Origin: the human T2T-CHM13v2.0 reference genome, Homo sapiens
Assembly: GCF_009914755.1 (NCBI RefSeq)
Contig: NC_060938.1
Strand: one strand, 5' to 3'
Length of the DNA: 64,000 nucleotides
The notes beneath the pieces were generated by a model, which searched no databases, was not told the origin of the DNA, and saw only the letters and a program-made list of their open reading frames with translations. This document shows positions 42,618-55,760 of the stretch, piece after piece. Made by a program: the position numbers and the translations under genes. Each line of letters opens with the position of its first letter. Within the stretch, counting starts at the first letter, position 1.

Positions 42618-43090
42618 TATGGTCAGCAGAGTGATGCCCCCACCAAGGATGTCCACGTCCTAACCCCTAGAACCTGTGGATGGATTACCGTTCACGGCCA
42701 AAAGGACTTTGCAGGTGTGATTAAGTTAAGGATTTTGAGATGGTAGGAGTAGCCTGGATTAGCCAGGGGAGCTCAATGTCATCACAAGGGCCCTTATAAG
42801 AGCGAGGCTGGAAGATGAGAGAGAGAGATTGGAAGATATTACACTACTGGCTTTGAAGATGGAGGAAGGGGCCATGAGCCCAGCCATGAGCCCAGGAATG
42901 TGAGCGGCCTCTAGAAGCTGGGAAAGGCGAGAAAACAGATTGTCCCCTAGAGCCTCCAGAAGGAGTGCAGCTCTGCCAACACTTCGATTTTAGTCTAGTG
43001 AGACCTCTGAAACTGTATGATACATTAGTGTTGTTTTCAGCTACTGTGCTTGTGGGAATTAGTCACAGCAGCGACAGGAAACTGACCTGC
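42618..43090 (+). mobile_element. ERVL-MaLR solo LTR (MLT1D-like)
   Basis: aaggatgtccacgtcctaacccctagaacctgtg...ggctttgaagatggaggaaggggccatgagcc...cagcagcgacaggaaac. Confidence 0.88.
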
Positions 43091-43176
43091 AAAGCTATTA
43101 AATAAATACCTGCCGGGAGGCAGAGAAGGGAGGGGTGCAGAGGCTGGAGGGCATCACCCTGACCCGTTTGGCAGGA

Positions 43177-44163
43177 ATGTTAGGAATACAGGTGCCGAGT
43201 GCCTCCTGGCAGGAACCCATCAGAAGCAGGTGCTCAAGGGCCACCTGATGGCCTGGTTGGCGGGAGCCCTACAAAAGGCTCTGTCCAGGTTCCCTTCCTC
43301 TTTCCCCAGTGATTTGGATGAAAATACTCATCTCATTCACATTTGCCCTAAAGAGAAGAGAGAGACAGGACATATGCCCAGAGAGCTCCATAGGGTGGGA
43401 GAGTGGCTCAGATCCCATTCGTGGAGTCCAGGGAGACATCTGTCTGAGCAGCCAGCAGCATGGGCCTGGTGAGAGAGAAGAGACAAGAAGCAATGAGTGG
43501 GAAGGGACAGGAACGCTGGTTAATTCCTGGGAATCTGGCAGGGGTCGCGGGGGGATGTGGGGGCAGAACAATCCCCTGCAGCCCCCGTCATGCCCAAGAG
43601 GAAAAAAGCACAGCTTCTCACACTGAGCCTGCTTTCCAAGAGGCCACCAGCAAATGTTGGTGGCTTTACCTTAGCCTGGAGGCCTTCTGTTGTGGACAGG
43701 TTGGGCAAAGGCACCGATGATGTCGCCTGGGGAAGGGGAAGCCTCCCATTAGGCTGGCATGTGTCTGATGCACCCACACCCCATCTGACCTGCAATTCTT
43801 TTATTTACACTTATAATTGTATTTTTAGCATAAAAAACTGTTGTAATATTCTTGTTTGCATTGGTCATTATATTTAATTGAAATATAGTAATAGAATATG
43901 TTATACATATAAGAAGTACTCATATAAAAATGTACCCCACGAGGGGTGAACACAGCATGGTAACCTGCAGCCCCCACTCAGAAATTGCACCTGGCCTGCC
44001 CTGAGCCCCATAGCAGTCCTTTCCAGTCACTGCACTCTCTAGGTCAATAACTGCCCTATTCCATCCCCTCAAGGACAGCACCATGTTAGGAATATAGGTG
44101 CCGAGTGCCTCCTGGCAGGAGTCCATCAGAAGCAGATGCTCAAGGGCCACCTGGTGACCTGGT
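43177..44163 (+). repeat. Dispersed 81-bp direct repeat (43177-43257 and 44083-44163)
   Basis: 75/81 identical by manual alignment, ungapped. Confidence 0.92.
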
Positions 44164-44779
44164 AATGGTCATCCTTTAAGAGGAGGCCACTGAGACTCAA
44201 GGCAGGCCAGAGAGCTTCTGAGCAGCAGCTGCCCAGGCACGTGTGTGCCTCTCATGTTCCAGGAGCCTGACCCTGAAGCCCATGGGGCTGCATGCAGAGC
44301 CGGGAGTGCCTGGGCTCACAGTCAGACACTCGTGGCACTCAACCCTGACACCACCACAGATTAGTGCCATGGCCTTGACCTCTGCTTATCCACCTGTAAA
44401 ATGGGGTTGCAGTATTAGCCTCCACCAGGATTGTTGAGTGATTGAGAGTATTTTAATGTCTCTAGCACAGCCCCTGACCATAGCAGGAGCTCCACACAGA
44501 ATACTGTCTCATGCGGTGCTCGGTAACTGTGCATCCGATGCAGGCCTCACTGTGTCATGTTCATTCATTCAGGTTCCCTTCAAAAGAAACATTGATTATG
44601 GGCCAAATAGGTGTCAGTGCCAGCCCAGGAATGCACATGCATATTCTGCCTCTGGAGAGGGCCTGGGAAGCCTGGACATGGGCCTCCTGGGCTGGGGCAG
44701 GAAGGGGCCTCCTCTTCACTGCTGTGTCCGGGATCACCCCCTCCCTTGGAGCACCCCACCTCCCACCTGAAGTCTGAGC

Positions 44780-45410
44780 AGCAGAGAACCTTTAAAAACA
44801 GAAATAGGAAGTTCTGATTCATGAATGCAAACATTCTGGCATCCCGTGTGCAGTGATGTGCGGCGTGGGCGGTGGGAATTAGGGAACCTCTTCTAGCGTA
44901 TTTGTTCCTATCCACCGGAAGGTATACAGTGTTCATACTCATTGACTCAGAAATTGTGTGTCGGGGAGTCTGCCCTAATAGATAACAATGTGTGTACCAT
45001 GATGCATGTACATGCTAATGGATGTACAAGGATGTTGATCAGTGCATCATTTATCATAGGAAAAGTGGAAATTGCTAAATCTCCAACACTAGGGGAGTGG
45101 TTAAACTGTGGCTTATGTTCATGATAGAATAATACACAATTGTTAAAATGGAATTTTGATGGCCATTTTGAAACAGGGATTAAAAAACACGTTTAAATGT
45201 GTTTTCTCTCTGTCTCTGTCTCTCTCTCTCACTCTGTCTCTCTCTCTCTCTGTCACACACACACACACACACACACAGAGGAAAAAAAGATTGGAAAGAA
45301 AAACCATCAAAATGTTAGCACTGATTATGTGGTGGGATCATGATTCTCATTTTTTATCCTGTTTTATATTTTCTTAGGGTTCTATGCTAAGCATATATTA
45401 TTTTTAAAAT
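44780..45410 (+). mobile_element. Ancient L1ME-like 3' fragments with a (CT)n(CA)n tract at ~45205-45278
   Basis: tgtacaaggatgttgatcagtgcatcatttatcatagg...ccaacactaggggagtggttaaac; the microsatellite is directly visible. Confidence 0.55.
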
Positions 45411-45674
45411 TAGAAGAGGAATGAAGGCATTTTACAACCCATATCGTTATGGAGGAGCCTGGCATGGGGGGAGGGGAATGGCTGGAGGGGTTGCTGTGAG
45501 TCCTGGTGAGTCACCAGCTAGCTGTTGGGTGAGTTCCTTGATGCTTTCATAGTAGCGTGGGCATGAGAATGTCTGCCTCAAAAGGCTGCTGTGAACACTG
45601 ATTTTTATAAATTACCATCAATGATAAAACCACAAAAGCAAAGCCCCATTTTGCAGGTGCAGTAGAGATCGTAG

Positions 45675-45998
<324 letters not shown>

Positions 45999-48579
45999 GG
46001 ACGGCACACCCTGCACCACCATGGGGTGAGGCTTGGCACGTAGCTCTGACTTGCTGTCGGCCTTTGGCTTCTCCTGTGTTCTAGAACCAGGAGTTTTGAC
46101 CAGGGGCGGCGGCCGTCCTTCTGGAATTTCTCCCCAGCAGCCCTGATTTCAAATATCCCATGTTGTGGTCAAGCTGAGTCAGAAGACATGGAAGTATGGG
46201 CCTCCTGCCCCTAGAGGCATGACGGGGCAAGGCCTTCAGAGGGCAGATTGGGGATCCTTGAAACTACATTCCAGGAACATGGGACCAGATGAGACAGCTA
46301 GTTAAGTTTAAAACATAGACATGATTTGATGATCGCTTGCTGGTGGTAAATAATCACTCGTGTGTCTTGTTTTTATGCAAACTTATCGAACCTAGGGCGT
46401 GGGGTGCTGGGGCAAGAGCAGCCCTCAGAACTTCAGTGTTCCTGACCCAATTCTGGTTTCACATTCAGTCCCTTGGCCATCTAGTAGGGCCATTGGATGT
46501 TCCTAGTTTGACTTTGAAATGGCACCTTTGCCACCAGACACCTGGTCCCTTCCAAGACCCAAGTGCATTGGGAGACCCAGGGATGGGGGGTTACTGGTAA
46601 TAGGTGGGGTTTCTGGGGGTGTTGTTGGTGGTTTTTATCTCCTGGTCGGACTTTCTCTTCTTTTTAAGAAGAGGAGAGGATGTCTTTAAGAGCTAGATGT
46701 GCCAGGCAGTGGACTCTTCAGGCCACCCACGTGAGAATGCTGTTTCTTCTCTGAGGAATCGTGGAATTTTAAAGATGAACAAGATTCACATCCACTGAAT
46801 TATTCAACGGATGGGTCAGAAAGGGGGGTGATTTGCCTGTGGTCACCAGGCAGGTTTGTGGAGGAGTCGGAACAGAAAGATGTGTCCTCACTCTCAGCTC
46901 ACTGAGCTCTCTGCCCCAACTAAGCACTTCCCTGAGGAGGTTGCTGAGAAGCTGCCCTCAGGAGAATGTCCAGGCATCTTGAAGGTGGGTGCGAGATTGG
47001 CAGGCTGCTCAGATACCCGTCCTTTACATTCAGTGTGGATACCGTGCATTCTCCTGAAGCTGTGAAAGTGCTTCTGCCCAAGCCACTTCCTTAAATTCTG
47101 AAATATCAGCATCTGGGGTCCTGGCAAGCAAGGAAGCTTCCAAGTAAAAACCAGAGAGAAGGGCACACTTTTCTTTCTTCATTAGGAAATCTTATTGCAC
47201 AGGAACCACCCCCACCCCCACCCCCCACACCTTCCCAAGGCAGCATCCCAGTGCAGATAGAGTGGGAAAGGTCCCAGAAGGGGGCTCACTCACCTCTAGG
47301 CCCAGAGAGGCTTTCTCCTCACTTTATACACTGCAAAAACAGAAGAATTGTGTCAATAACACCCTCTGTAGTGGAGAAACTTAAAAAGCTGGTTAGGAAG
47401 CTCTCGTGTATATTTAGAGACAATTACAAGAAAGCTGGACTTGCCGCTGTGGTCTCAGGAGAAATGAGTGTTCTTGATGACAGGCAAAGGGACATCTTAG
47501 TTGTCCAGAAGCGGCACTCTTCCCTGGAAGCCGCCATGTTAATAGGATTACTAGCCTGGCTCCAGACAGTGCCTGCTCATGGCTGCCAGTTCTTACCGAT
47601 CACATCTGTCACTGCCACCGTATATCATCTGCCAGTGCATCAGCTTAAGGGGAGGTCACGAGTGCAAAAGAACCTGACCCTTGACAATGAGGGAGAAGGG
47701 ACATGGACCACCTGTCTGGAATTCCTGGAATCACTGGCAGGGTGGAGGCTGGGCTGGGGAGTTAGCCGCGGTGTGCGTGAATGGCTCTGTCTCCAGCAAG
47801 TCTCTCTCCATCAAACCCCAGGTCTGCCCCATAAGCAAGATCTTTAACAGATGGATGTCTCCATGAGAAAACCCAAGGCGAGAAGCCCAGAGCCATGGCG
47901 GGGTTGCTTGACGTCCTCATGGAGTCACTCTGCCCCACATGCTCAAATCTTCCCTCTGGCCCCACATCCCTAGGAGGGCCTGACCCCTGTAAAGATACAG
48001 GAGGCAGCTCCCTGGCCTCCAAATGGCCCATGGAGATGGCAGTCGGGAGACAGGGTTCTGTGTTTGCTGCGGTGAAGGGAGGAGAAGGCAGGAGGAAAAA
48101 GGATGGCTTCTAGCCCTGAAGAGGACTCCAGCATCCCAGGCACCGGGTGCTTCTGGCTGCAGTTTTCCCTATGGAGGCCCCTCAGCCTCCAGCCCTAACA
48201 TAAATGTCGGTTAAATTCAGTTTTCAAGCCTCTCTCCCTTTTCAGTGTCAGAGCAGTAGATGGTCCAGGGCATTGGAGGCCTCGACCACTCTGCATTGCA
48301 GATTACAGTGACTTCCTCGGGGTTGCCCCATCTTGGTCTCCTGTGGTTTCTTCATCAGCTTTTTTTTTACCAGCATCTCTCAAATAACAATGAAGATAGA
48401 TATGCCCATTAGTGTCTGATTAAGGAGCAAAGGCTGGATTTCTGGCCACAGCGAGCTGCACTCTCCCTCCTGCCTCAGCCGGGGTCCGTCTTAGCAGTTT
48501 GGAAAGGGGAAAAAGATGCCGGTCCTCACTGCTTAAGTTTTGTGTCCAGGTGCCACTAGACTTGCATGCACACTAACTC

Positions 48580-48722
48580 CTTACAATCACCACACAGCAT
48601 CATCGCCCCAGTGCACAGATGAGGAACCAGAGGCTCAGAGGAGTGAAGTTGCCTTCCTGAGGTCACACAGCATGAAAGTGATGAGCTAGGATTTGAATCT
48701 GGGAAGTTGGGCTCTAGAGCCA
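48580..48722 (-). mobile_element. MIR within the 3'UTR
   Basis: acagatgaggaaccagaggctcagaggagtgaagttgccttcctgaggtcacacagc...ggatttgaatctggg. Confidence 0.7.
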
Positions 48723-49381
48723 GACTGTACTGCCTTCTGCCACACTGTACTGCCTTCTGTGACTGGGTGGCACCTCCAGGGCACATTTACACAAGGCCCT
48801 GAATCTGCAGAGGCTGTTTCTCAAGATGCCCGTCATGGTGTGGCCTGGGCCAGCTCTGGCTTCCACAGGTCCCTGACTGTCCTCAGAGTGGAACATGCTC
48901 AACCTCCCGCCCACTGCTCTCTCTCTGCCCAGATTTCAGGGGTGCCGGTCCCCAAGGCCTGCCCCCTTCTTTAAGACTGAACTCAAGTCTCCTTGGAAGG
49001 CCCCGGTGAAGCTCCCAGAGACTGGTTTTCTTGGGATGCAGGCAGAAGGGGACCCTCCCTGGCCAACACCCAGGAGCCCAGCAGAAGCACCCACACGTAG
49101 AAAGAGGCTCACTACAGCCAGAAGTGCAGAGTCAGAGTCCTGGGACCATCTTGTTCTGCAAGGTGACCCCAGGCTCCCCAGGACAGGGGAGAGGGATCGT
49201 CCTCATTCAGACTCTAGCTGGGGCCTCTGTACTGGCTTCTCCCTGGGTGGGGTTGCCTGTTACATAGCTGTGCTTCAGAGAAAGGGTCCTGCATTTTCTG
49301 GAATGTTCTCTGTGCTTACCCCTCTGTGTGCCCCTCCATTGCTCCTCTACAAGCAATTAGGTGATTCAAAAGAGCAACTTA

Positions 49382-49681
49382 GGCTGGGTGCAGTGACTCA
49401 CACCCGTAATCCCGGCACTTTGGGAGGCCGAGGCGGGCAGGGACAGGAGTTCAAGACCAGCCTGGCCAACATGGTGAAACCCTGTCTCTACAAAAAATAC
49501 AAAAATTAACCAGACATTGTGGCATGTGCCTGTAATCCCAGCTACTCAGGAGGCTGACACAGGAGAATTGCTTGAACCAGGAGGCGGAGGCTGCAGTGAG
49601 CTGAGATTGTGCCACTGCACTCCAGCCTGGGCAACAGAACGAGACTCTGTCTCAAAAAAAAAAAAAAAGAAAAGAAAAAAA
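49382..49681 (+). mobile_element. Sense AluS within the 3'UTR (about 10 bp deleted in the left arm)
   Basis: Exact TSD AAAAGAGCAACTTA at 49368-49381 and 49682-49695; long A tail. Confidence 0.95.
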
Positions 49682-52059
49682 AAAAGAGCAACTTACTGCT
49701 TTGTGAGGTTGTGAGTGGCCACCACTGAAGGTCTTTGAGAAGAGGCCAGACGCCGCTGTAGCCAGGCCTGTTTTAAGAGGACTTGTGCTTCCAGGGACCC
49801 AGGCAGGATGATGGCGCAGCTCTTCCTACTCCAAGCCAACGCTGTCCTTCCCCTTTCCCATGAAATCAAGGTCAAGAGGCAAATAAGACTCCCTGCTCCA
49901 CTCTACCCCCCAGAGAGAAATGATTCTCGCTCCTTTCAGATCCCCCAGGATCTGAGGGAGAAAGGATGGGAGGAGGGGCAGCAGCATTTCGCTGGAAAGG
50001 CAGCAGATGCTTTTCCAGCCCCGGTTCAGCTGGAAGGCTTGGAGGCCGGCCAGACCACTCTGGCGTCTCCTGAAGTGGGTCCCTGGAGACCGAAGAGGCT
50101 CAGTGGAGTCTGTCTGTTGTCAGCACTGCTGCCTGATCCCTGCAAGACAAATGGCACTTTCCTTCTTCAGAAGCATCATCTGCCTTCATTATTAGCAGTA
50201 ATATTATTCCCAGTTATTATTCTTACCGGTGCCAGTTTTGCACATCTTTTTGTTGCTCTATTTGTGTCTCATTTACTTCTCAAATTGCCCCTGGGGGCAG
50301 GAATGAGGATGCAGAGAGATGCACGTTAATTACTGTCGCATTTTTCTGTGGAGAAAACTGAGGCCAGGGCTGAACGCTCACAGCTAAGGAGCTGTGATTC
50401 AGACCCAGTTCTGTCAGCTCTAGAGGCACCCTGCATCATGCCCACCAGGGTGATCCCCCTGGGATGGACCATCTCGGGATATGAGGCCTCGGAGGCTGGG
50501 GTTGAGATTTGGTCCTGAAGAGCTTATAGCCAGATTGCCACATTCAAGTGTAAGTCCAGGAAAGGGGCAGGCGGCAGTGCACAGGGATTTATCAGTTCCA
50601 GAACCTCACAGTGATAAGAGGCTTTAGAGAGCATCTAATCGAGACCTTTAATTTTTCGGGGAGAGCAGCTGAGGCCGTGTGGAAAATTAGTGGAGAGCTG
50701 ACAAGTGTCTGGGCTCCTGGCCCAGGGGTCCGTGGTCCAGCACGTTGTGCGTTCAGTGGGAAGCAAAGGGCTTGCCCGGGATTACCTGCCCCAGCCCCTA
50801 GGTGGGTTGTGCTCCCTGCAGCTGCCATCGGCCCGCTTTGCTTCGTCCTGGCAGATGCCCAGTGATTGTCCCCGAGCAAGTGCCAGGGTTGGGCTGAGCT
50901 GCTATGACAGGGAGGCCCAGGGAGTTCTGCTCAGGGAGCCAAAGGGAACAGCCAGATCCTGAATGTTCTATGTTCACCTGCCCCAGCCCCACCCACCCTG
51001 GCCCACTCCACAGGCCCCTGACCATGGTCACTCACGGAGAGGGATGGAGGAGAAGGTGGTTGAACTGAGTACTGAGAACCCAGAGGACAGAGCCCACAGC
51101 TTCCAAGCAGGAAAAGGGACCTCTCTGAAAAATCTGGATAACCAGAATTATCACAGCACCCTCTCATTCCCAGCGCGTCCTTCTGAGCTCAGACCTTGAG
51201 CATTTACTGGGTTTCTTTTTGAGGAAGAGGGAAAGTGACAAAGGACAAAACAATGCAAATCTTCATGACTGAAGACGATCAAAGACTCCCTGGAGCGAGA
51301 AAACAGTTACTGCCAGAAGCAGAATGGAAGAGCCAAAAAGTACACAAAATGGACGCCATAAATTCTGAAATAAAAGTGTATGATGTGTTCTGAGTCACTG
51401 TAGAAGTCATGCATTTATTATCAAGATAGAAAAGAGCAGAGAATGACGTGGACATTGGTCCTCGGAGAGGCTGCGTAGGTGGTGCGGTCCCCGGGGGATT
51501 CTGGATGCTGGTCTTTTGACCGTGGCGGCAGCCTCGCGCCTGCCCGGATGGCTCCATCCAGACATTTGGCAAGGCTGTCATCTGCTCTTGGGTCCTTTTT
51601 CAAGCTGATTTCCTGCCTCCCCAAGAGGAGGTTTGAGCCCCATTCTGCCTTGGAAATAAATCCTGACAGATGTGCACAGCATATTTGCAGGGAATTTGCA
51701 GGCCTCGATTATTGGGGGAATCAGAGCCCATTCCACACCGAGCCCCATCCACGTGGCTGAGCAACACCCCTGTGTCCCCTGTATCTGTCTCACTGGCTGT
51801 CTTTCTGCCAGTTTCTTAAAGAACCACACCATTACTGCGTTTGCCGTTCGAAGCGTTGTCCCAACAATGCAGATGGTTCTGACAAGGGCTCTATATGCTG
51901 GCAGAAGGGAGCTTCCAACCTTTTAACTTGAGGAAAATGAATCTCTGAGAGGCTTGAGAGTGTTGCCAGGTGGAGCTTTTCAGGAGACAGGGGTCTTGAG
52001 CCCAGGACACCTAACTATCGAGTTTTCACTAGGAGACTTAGTGGTGGCTTTCATGAGGC

Positions 52060-52264
52060 CAGTCGTTCTCAAGGAAGGGCTGGGGGCCATCAGCAATGTC
52101 TGGAGACATTTTTGATTCTCACAGCTTGGTGGGGACTGCTATTGGTATCTCATGGGTGGAGGCCAGGGATGCCACCGAACATCCTACAATGCACAGGGCA
52201 GCCCCCCACAAATAAGAATTATCCAGCCCCAAAATGCCAATAGTGCCGAGGTCAGGGGACCCTG
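52060..52264. mobile_element. MER20 hAT-Charlie MITE within the 3'UTR
   Basis: gcaatgtctggagacatttttg...gaggccagggatgc...catcctacaatgcacagg...aagaattatccagccccaaaatgccaatagtgccgagg. Confidence 0.88.
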
Positions 52265-53004
52265 TGCTGGCCATCCTATCTCTGATTCTGAAACTATGCA
52301 TGCTTTCCACTTTTCCCCATTTGTGAGTCATTGAGTAAATTAAAGCTCTTCTGAGCAGCAGCAGTGATCATGGTCACTGCCCTGCGTTCAAATAATGCGA
52401 GCTGAGGACAGTGATCTGCAACTCCCAGCATGTCATGTGGTCTCTTAGAAATCCATGTGACTGTTTCCACCATCTTGGGCATTTGTGGGGACCCCCAGAC
52501 TGGAGGGAGAAAGCCCTACAAAGTGGATGGGAGTGTGGGGCTGAACTTTTCCCTACCCTTAACTTTGTGTCTCTGGGACCTCCAGGGACCTGGCCCCTCA
52601 CCAATGCATATGAAGAGTATGCTTGGGGAAGAGCTTAGGAATGGGGTGAGCATGGGAGTGCTGGGTAGCAGCCTTTGAGCAAATCTGCATCTTCTCTTAT
52701 TTCTGACCTTTTTCCATGTGCCCAGTCCTATTTCTGCCAGTTGAAGGCATACTAATATTCTTTATACTATTTAATCTTTTGCAGAAACCTTACTATTATA
52801 ACTTGCTACTCTCCAGATACCAATTCTTCATGCCGAGAGCATCGGAAATGTTTTTGTGTCTTACTGATGTTTTCATGATCAACTTGTAAATGTAAGCAGT
52901 TGACTTCATAAAAGGTATTTTAACTATTCTTGGAGTCCTTTGCTACCCAAGCACCTGGTTTCACCATGCGATCACTGACTTCTCTACAGTGAAGACTCTT
53001 TCTT

Positions 53005-53110
53005 AATAAAGGATTTCACTGTGCTCTTTTGATTAAAAATATCTAACCTTAAAAGACGTAAAAATGTATCTGTGAAATCTCACTTTGTTAGCGTTGCTGC
53101 TGTTGTCATT
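53005..53110 (+). terminator. Polyadenylation region: AATAAA 53005-53010, ATTAAA 53032-53037, downstream GU-rich element
   Basis: Both hexamers are visible. Upstream TGTA motifs (ttgtaaatgtaag, ~52884-52896) and a downstream tract ctttgttagcgttgctgctgttgtcatttt (~53083-53111) flank them. Confidence 0.7.
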
Positions 53111-53559
53111 TTCTATTATGATAACTGAAAAGAGAAAAGAAGAAAACATGAACTCCTCTGTGTCTGGTTCTCATCTGTGCTTTATGCAAAGGAGATGATC
53201 TACTCAGCTTTAAATGGCTCAGCCCCAGCGTCACCTCCATTCTGATGCTTTTCCTGCCCCACCGAGGCAGGACAGGTCCCCTCCTCCCTATCCCCTCCTG
53301 ATACCACTCTATCATCACACCTGTAGCAAATCAAATCACGGAAGCTACATTCAGTTTTCCCAACTATCTGAGCCATCTAAGAGCAAACTTATCTTATTCA
53401 ATGTGTTATCCCCACCACCCAGCACAGTGCCTGGCTCCTAGCAAACATCCGATATTCTGTGAATGAGTGAATGATACCTAAATGACCAGCCCGGTACATT
53501 TCAACACTATGAGGAACATGGACCATATCATTTTCCTTATTAGTTCACTGATAGTAACA

Positions 53560-53730
53560 AACATTCGTATAGCACTTATGAGGTGTTTGGCGCAGCTCTG
53601 AGCTCTTTCCACACATGTTAACTCACTTAATCTTCGTTTTACAAATGAGGAGTCTGAGGCATGCAGAGGTTTCTTGCCCAAGGCCATGTAACTGGTGAAC
53701 CAGGACTGAAAACCTGATTCTGGGTCAGTC
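53560..53730 (-). mobile_element. MIR SINE
   Basis: ttttacaaatgaggagtctgaggcatgcagagg...ttgcccaaggcca. Confidence 0.65.
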
Positions 53731-55647
53731 CTGGGCTTAGGCCTCAAGAAGCCTTTTTTTTGTTCTGTCTTTGGAACCCTGAGGATGCAAGCAAGGCTAG
53801 CCTGCTGGATGAGGAGAGACCAGAGCCTGGCCATTCCTAGCCTGCCAACAGTCCAACAGATAAGAGAGCCAAGGGAGGGGTTAGAACAAGAAGGTGTTCC
53901 ATAATGTCAAGAGCTGCATGGACTTTGTAGGCAGCAACTAAAGAGCTCACTGAGGACTGCCTGGAGGAGGCAATACTTAACTTGGCATGGAATCTGCAGA
54001 AACAGGTGCACAGCAGAGGTTGCATGGGGTTCGGGCTAGAAGACCAGGCTGGATAAAGGTCAAGGCAGCAGTGGATCTGAGGCTGCTGAGGATGAAGGGA
54101 TACAGCCAGCTGAAAGGGGCCTTGAATGTCAGGGTGGGCACCATGGTGGGCCATGGGCCACTGTTGGCCATAGGGAAGCAGGGCTGGTTCTCAAGTAGAG
54201 AGGCCTGCAGTTTCTGGAGCAGGGAGGCAGCAAGAGAACTGGGAAGGGGCTCTTGATTTTGCCCCTCGAACCTGCTCCTCTGGCATCTTCCCTCGCTCGC
54301 TGGATGGCACCTCCGCCCTGCACCAGTGTGGCTGATAAGGTGGGGTCTCCCTCCCAATCGTGTGCCTTGCAAAGATGGCAGAGGCTTTCACATGGCCCAA
54401 AGGACTGCGTTCTCAAGACTGATAAGCATCATTCTGAAATAGCAAAAATGGCTAGCAGCAAGGTTTTTCAAGAAAAGGAGGCATCCCTGGTCCAATGCTG
54501 CTGAATGTGTCTCAAGAAGCTACAGCCAGTCCAGCCCAGGCCACAGCGTGTCCCTCACTTCCTGCCCCACCCTCCTTGCTAACATTTAATTGATTTAATT
54601 GAATTTTTGGTTTTACCAATCAGGATTGTAAACACATTCATCCTCATGCAATGTGCCTATTCCTAGTCAACCCTGGTATTGTAAGGGTATGGGCAGCTTT
54701 CCTGGAGCAGAATGTCCATCTGTAATGTGGGGCCTGTAAAGAAATAAAGGTTCAAACAACCACAGCTCTTCACTCTGTCCAGGAGTTGGTTATGCTGTGG
54801 GTAGTGGGGTGCTCCTCTCCCCTAGGGATGAGCCGGTCCCCCATTAGCTGTGTACTCTTGGAGGGGTAATGCCTCCTCTGGCTCACCCCTTTGTCCTCCC
54901 CAGTGCCCAGCCCAGGGATAACAGTGTCAGGCTTTCCATAAATGAACTAATGAGGGGGGCAGGGATGAACACCACAGCCTCCCTTCGGTGCCTGCTGGAA
55001 TGGCCAGGCTCTGCATCCGCTCCCCAGAGCTGCCTGAGCCTTTAGGGTTGGAGGAGGGGGAGAGGAAGGGGAGGGATGGGTTTCTAGGGCTGAGATGGGC
55101 CCCTTAGTGATTCTGGTGGGGCTGCCTGTTTATTTAGCTGCCTGCTACCCATGGTCTCCAAAGCCTGCCCTCGCTGGGGATTTTCCATCTGGCTTCCAGT
55201 GACTCAGGCTCCCGCAGGGTGCTGGCCTTACCAGGCAGCAGAGATGGCCCCACGATTAATATTGATACACGCCAGCTGCTGAGGCCTCTTTCGCAAGCAA
55301 GACAAATAATATTAACTACCACAGCAACCGGCCTCTGAGCCGCACTGCCCTTAGGGTTTGCAAGCACTTTCCATTCCAGCTTTCCATCCTCTGAACAGGT
55401 GATCTGTGTCGGCCCCTCCCATGCCCCAAGCACAACCAGGCAGGGCACCTACTCTCTGTCTTGTGTGGTGGGGGGTGGGGGGAGGCAAAGGATCAGATGA
55501 AGACAATGGGTTGTAACTGCATGATAGTGAGAAGCTGAAATGCGCCGGGGCTGAGGGGAGCCTCCTAACCAGCCTAGCACTCCAGGCCAGAACGCCAGGG
55601 AGACAAGCCTCCAGTTTTTAGAAAACAAAACTGAAGTTCATCGACTT

Positions 55648-55760
55648 GTTCATTCAATAAGCAATGACTGAGCACCTGCTATGAGCCAGGCACTGTTCTA
55701 GACACTCAGGGTGTATAGTGAACAAAACAAAGCCCCACCCTGCTGATGGCAAAGGGAAGG
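55648..55760 (-). mobile_element. L2 3' end
   Basis: ttcattcaataagc...ctgagcacctgctatgagccaggcactgttctagacact...gtgaacaaaaca. Confidence 0.7.

Larger units (their letters stand above)
45999..53060 (+). other. C14orf132: Long (~7 kb) 3'UTR of C14orf132
   Basis: Runs from the TGA to a poly(A) signal cluster at 53005-53037. Repeat density is lower than in the intron. The length agrees with the recalled ~7.4 kb last exon. Confidence 0.7.

Noticed and set aside
45645-45665. Third candidate acceptor (ccccattttgcAG ending 45656)
   Set aside because: Its use gives GTG CAG TAG, an immediate in-frame stop, and nothing else supports it.
47251-47847. 198-aa ORF in the 3'UTR
   Set aside because: GTG start, no recognisable domain or coding-like composition; plausible by chance.
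48895-49509. 204-aa ORF in the 3'UTR
   Set aside because: Runs into the Alu and has no recognisable domain; plausible by chance in GC-rich sequence.
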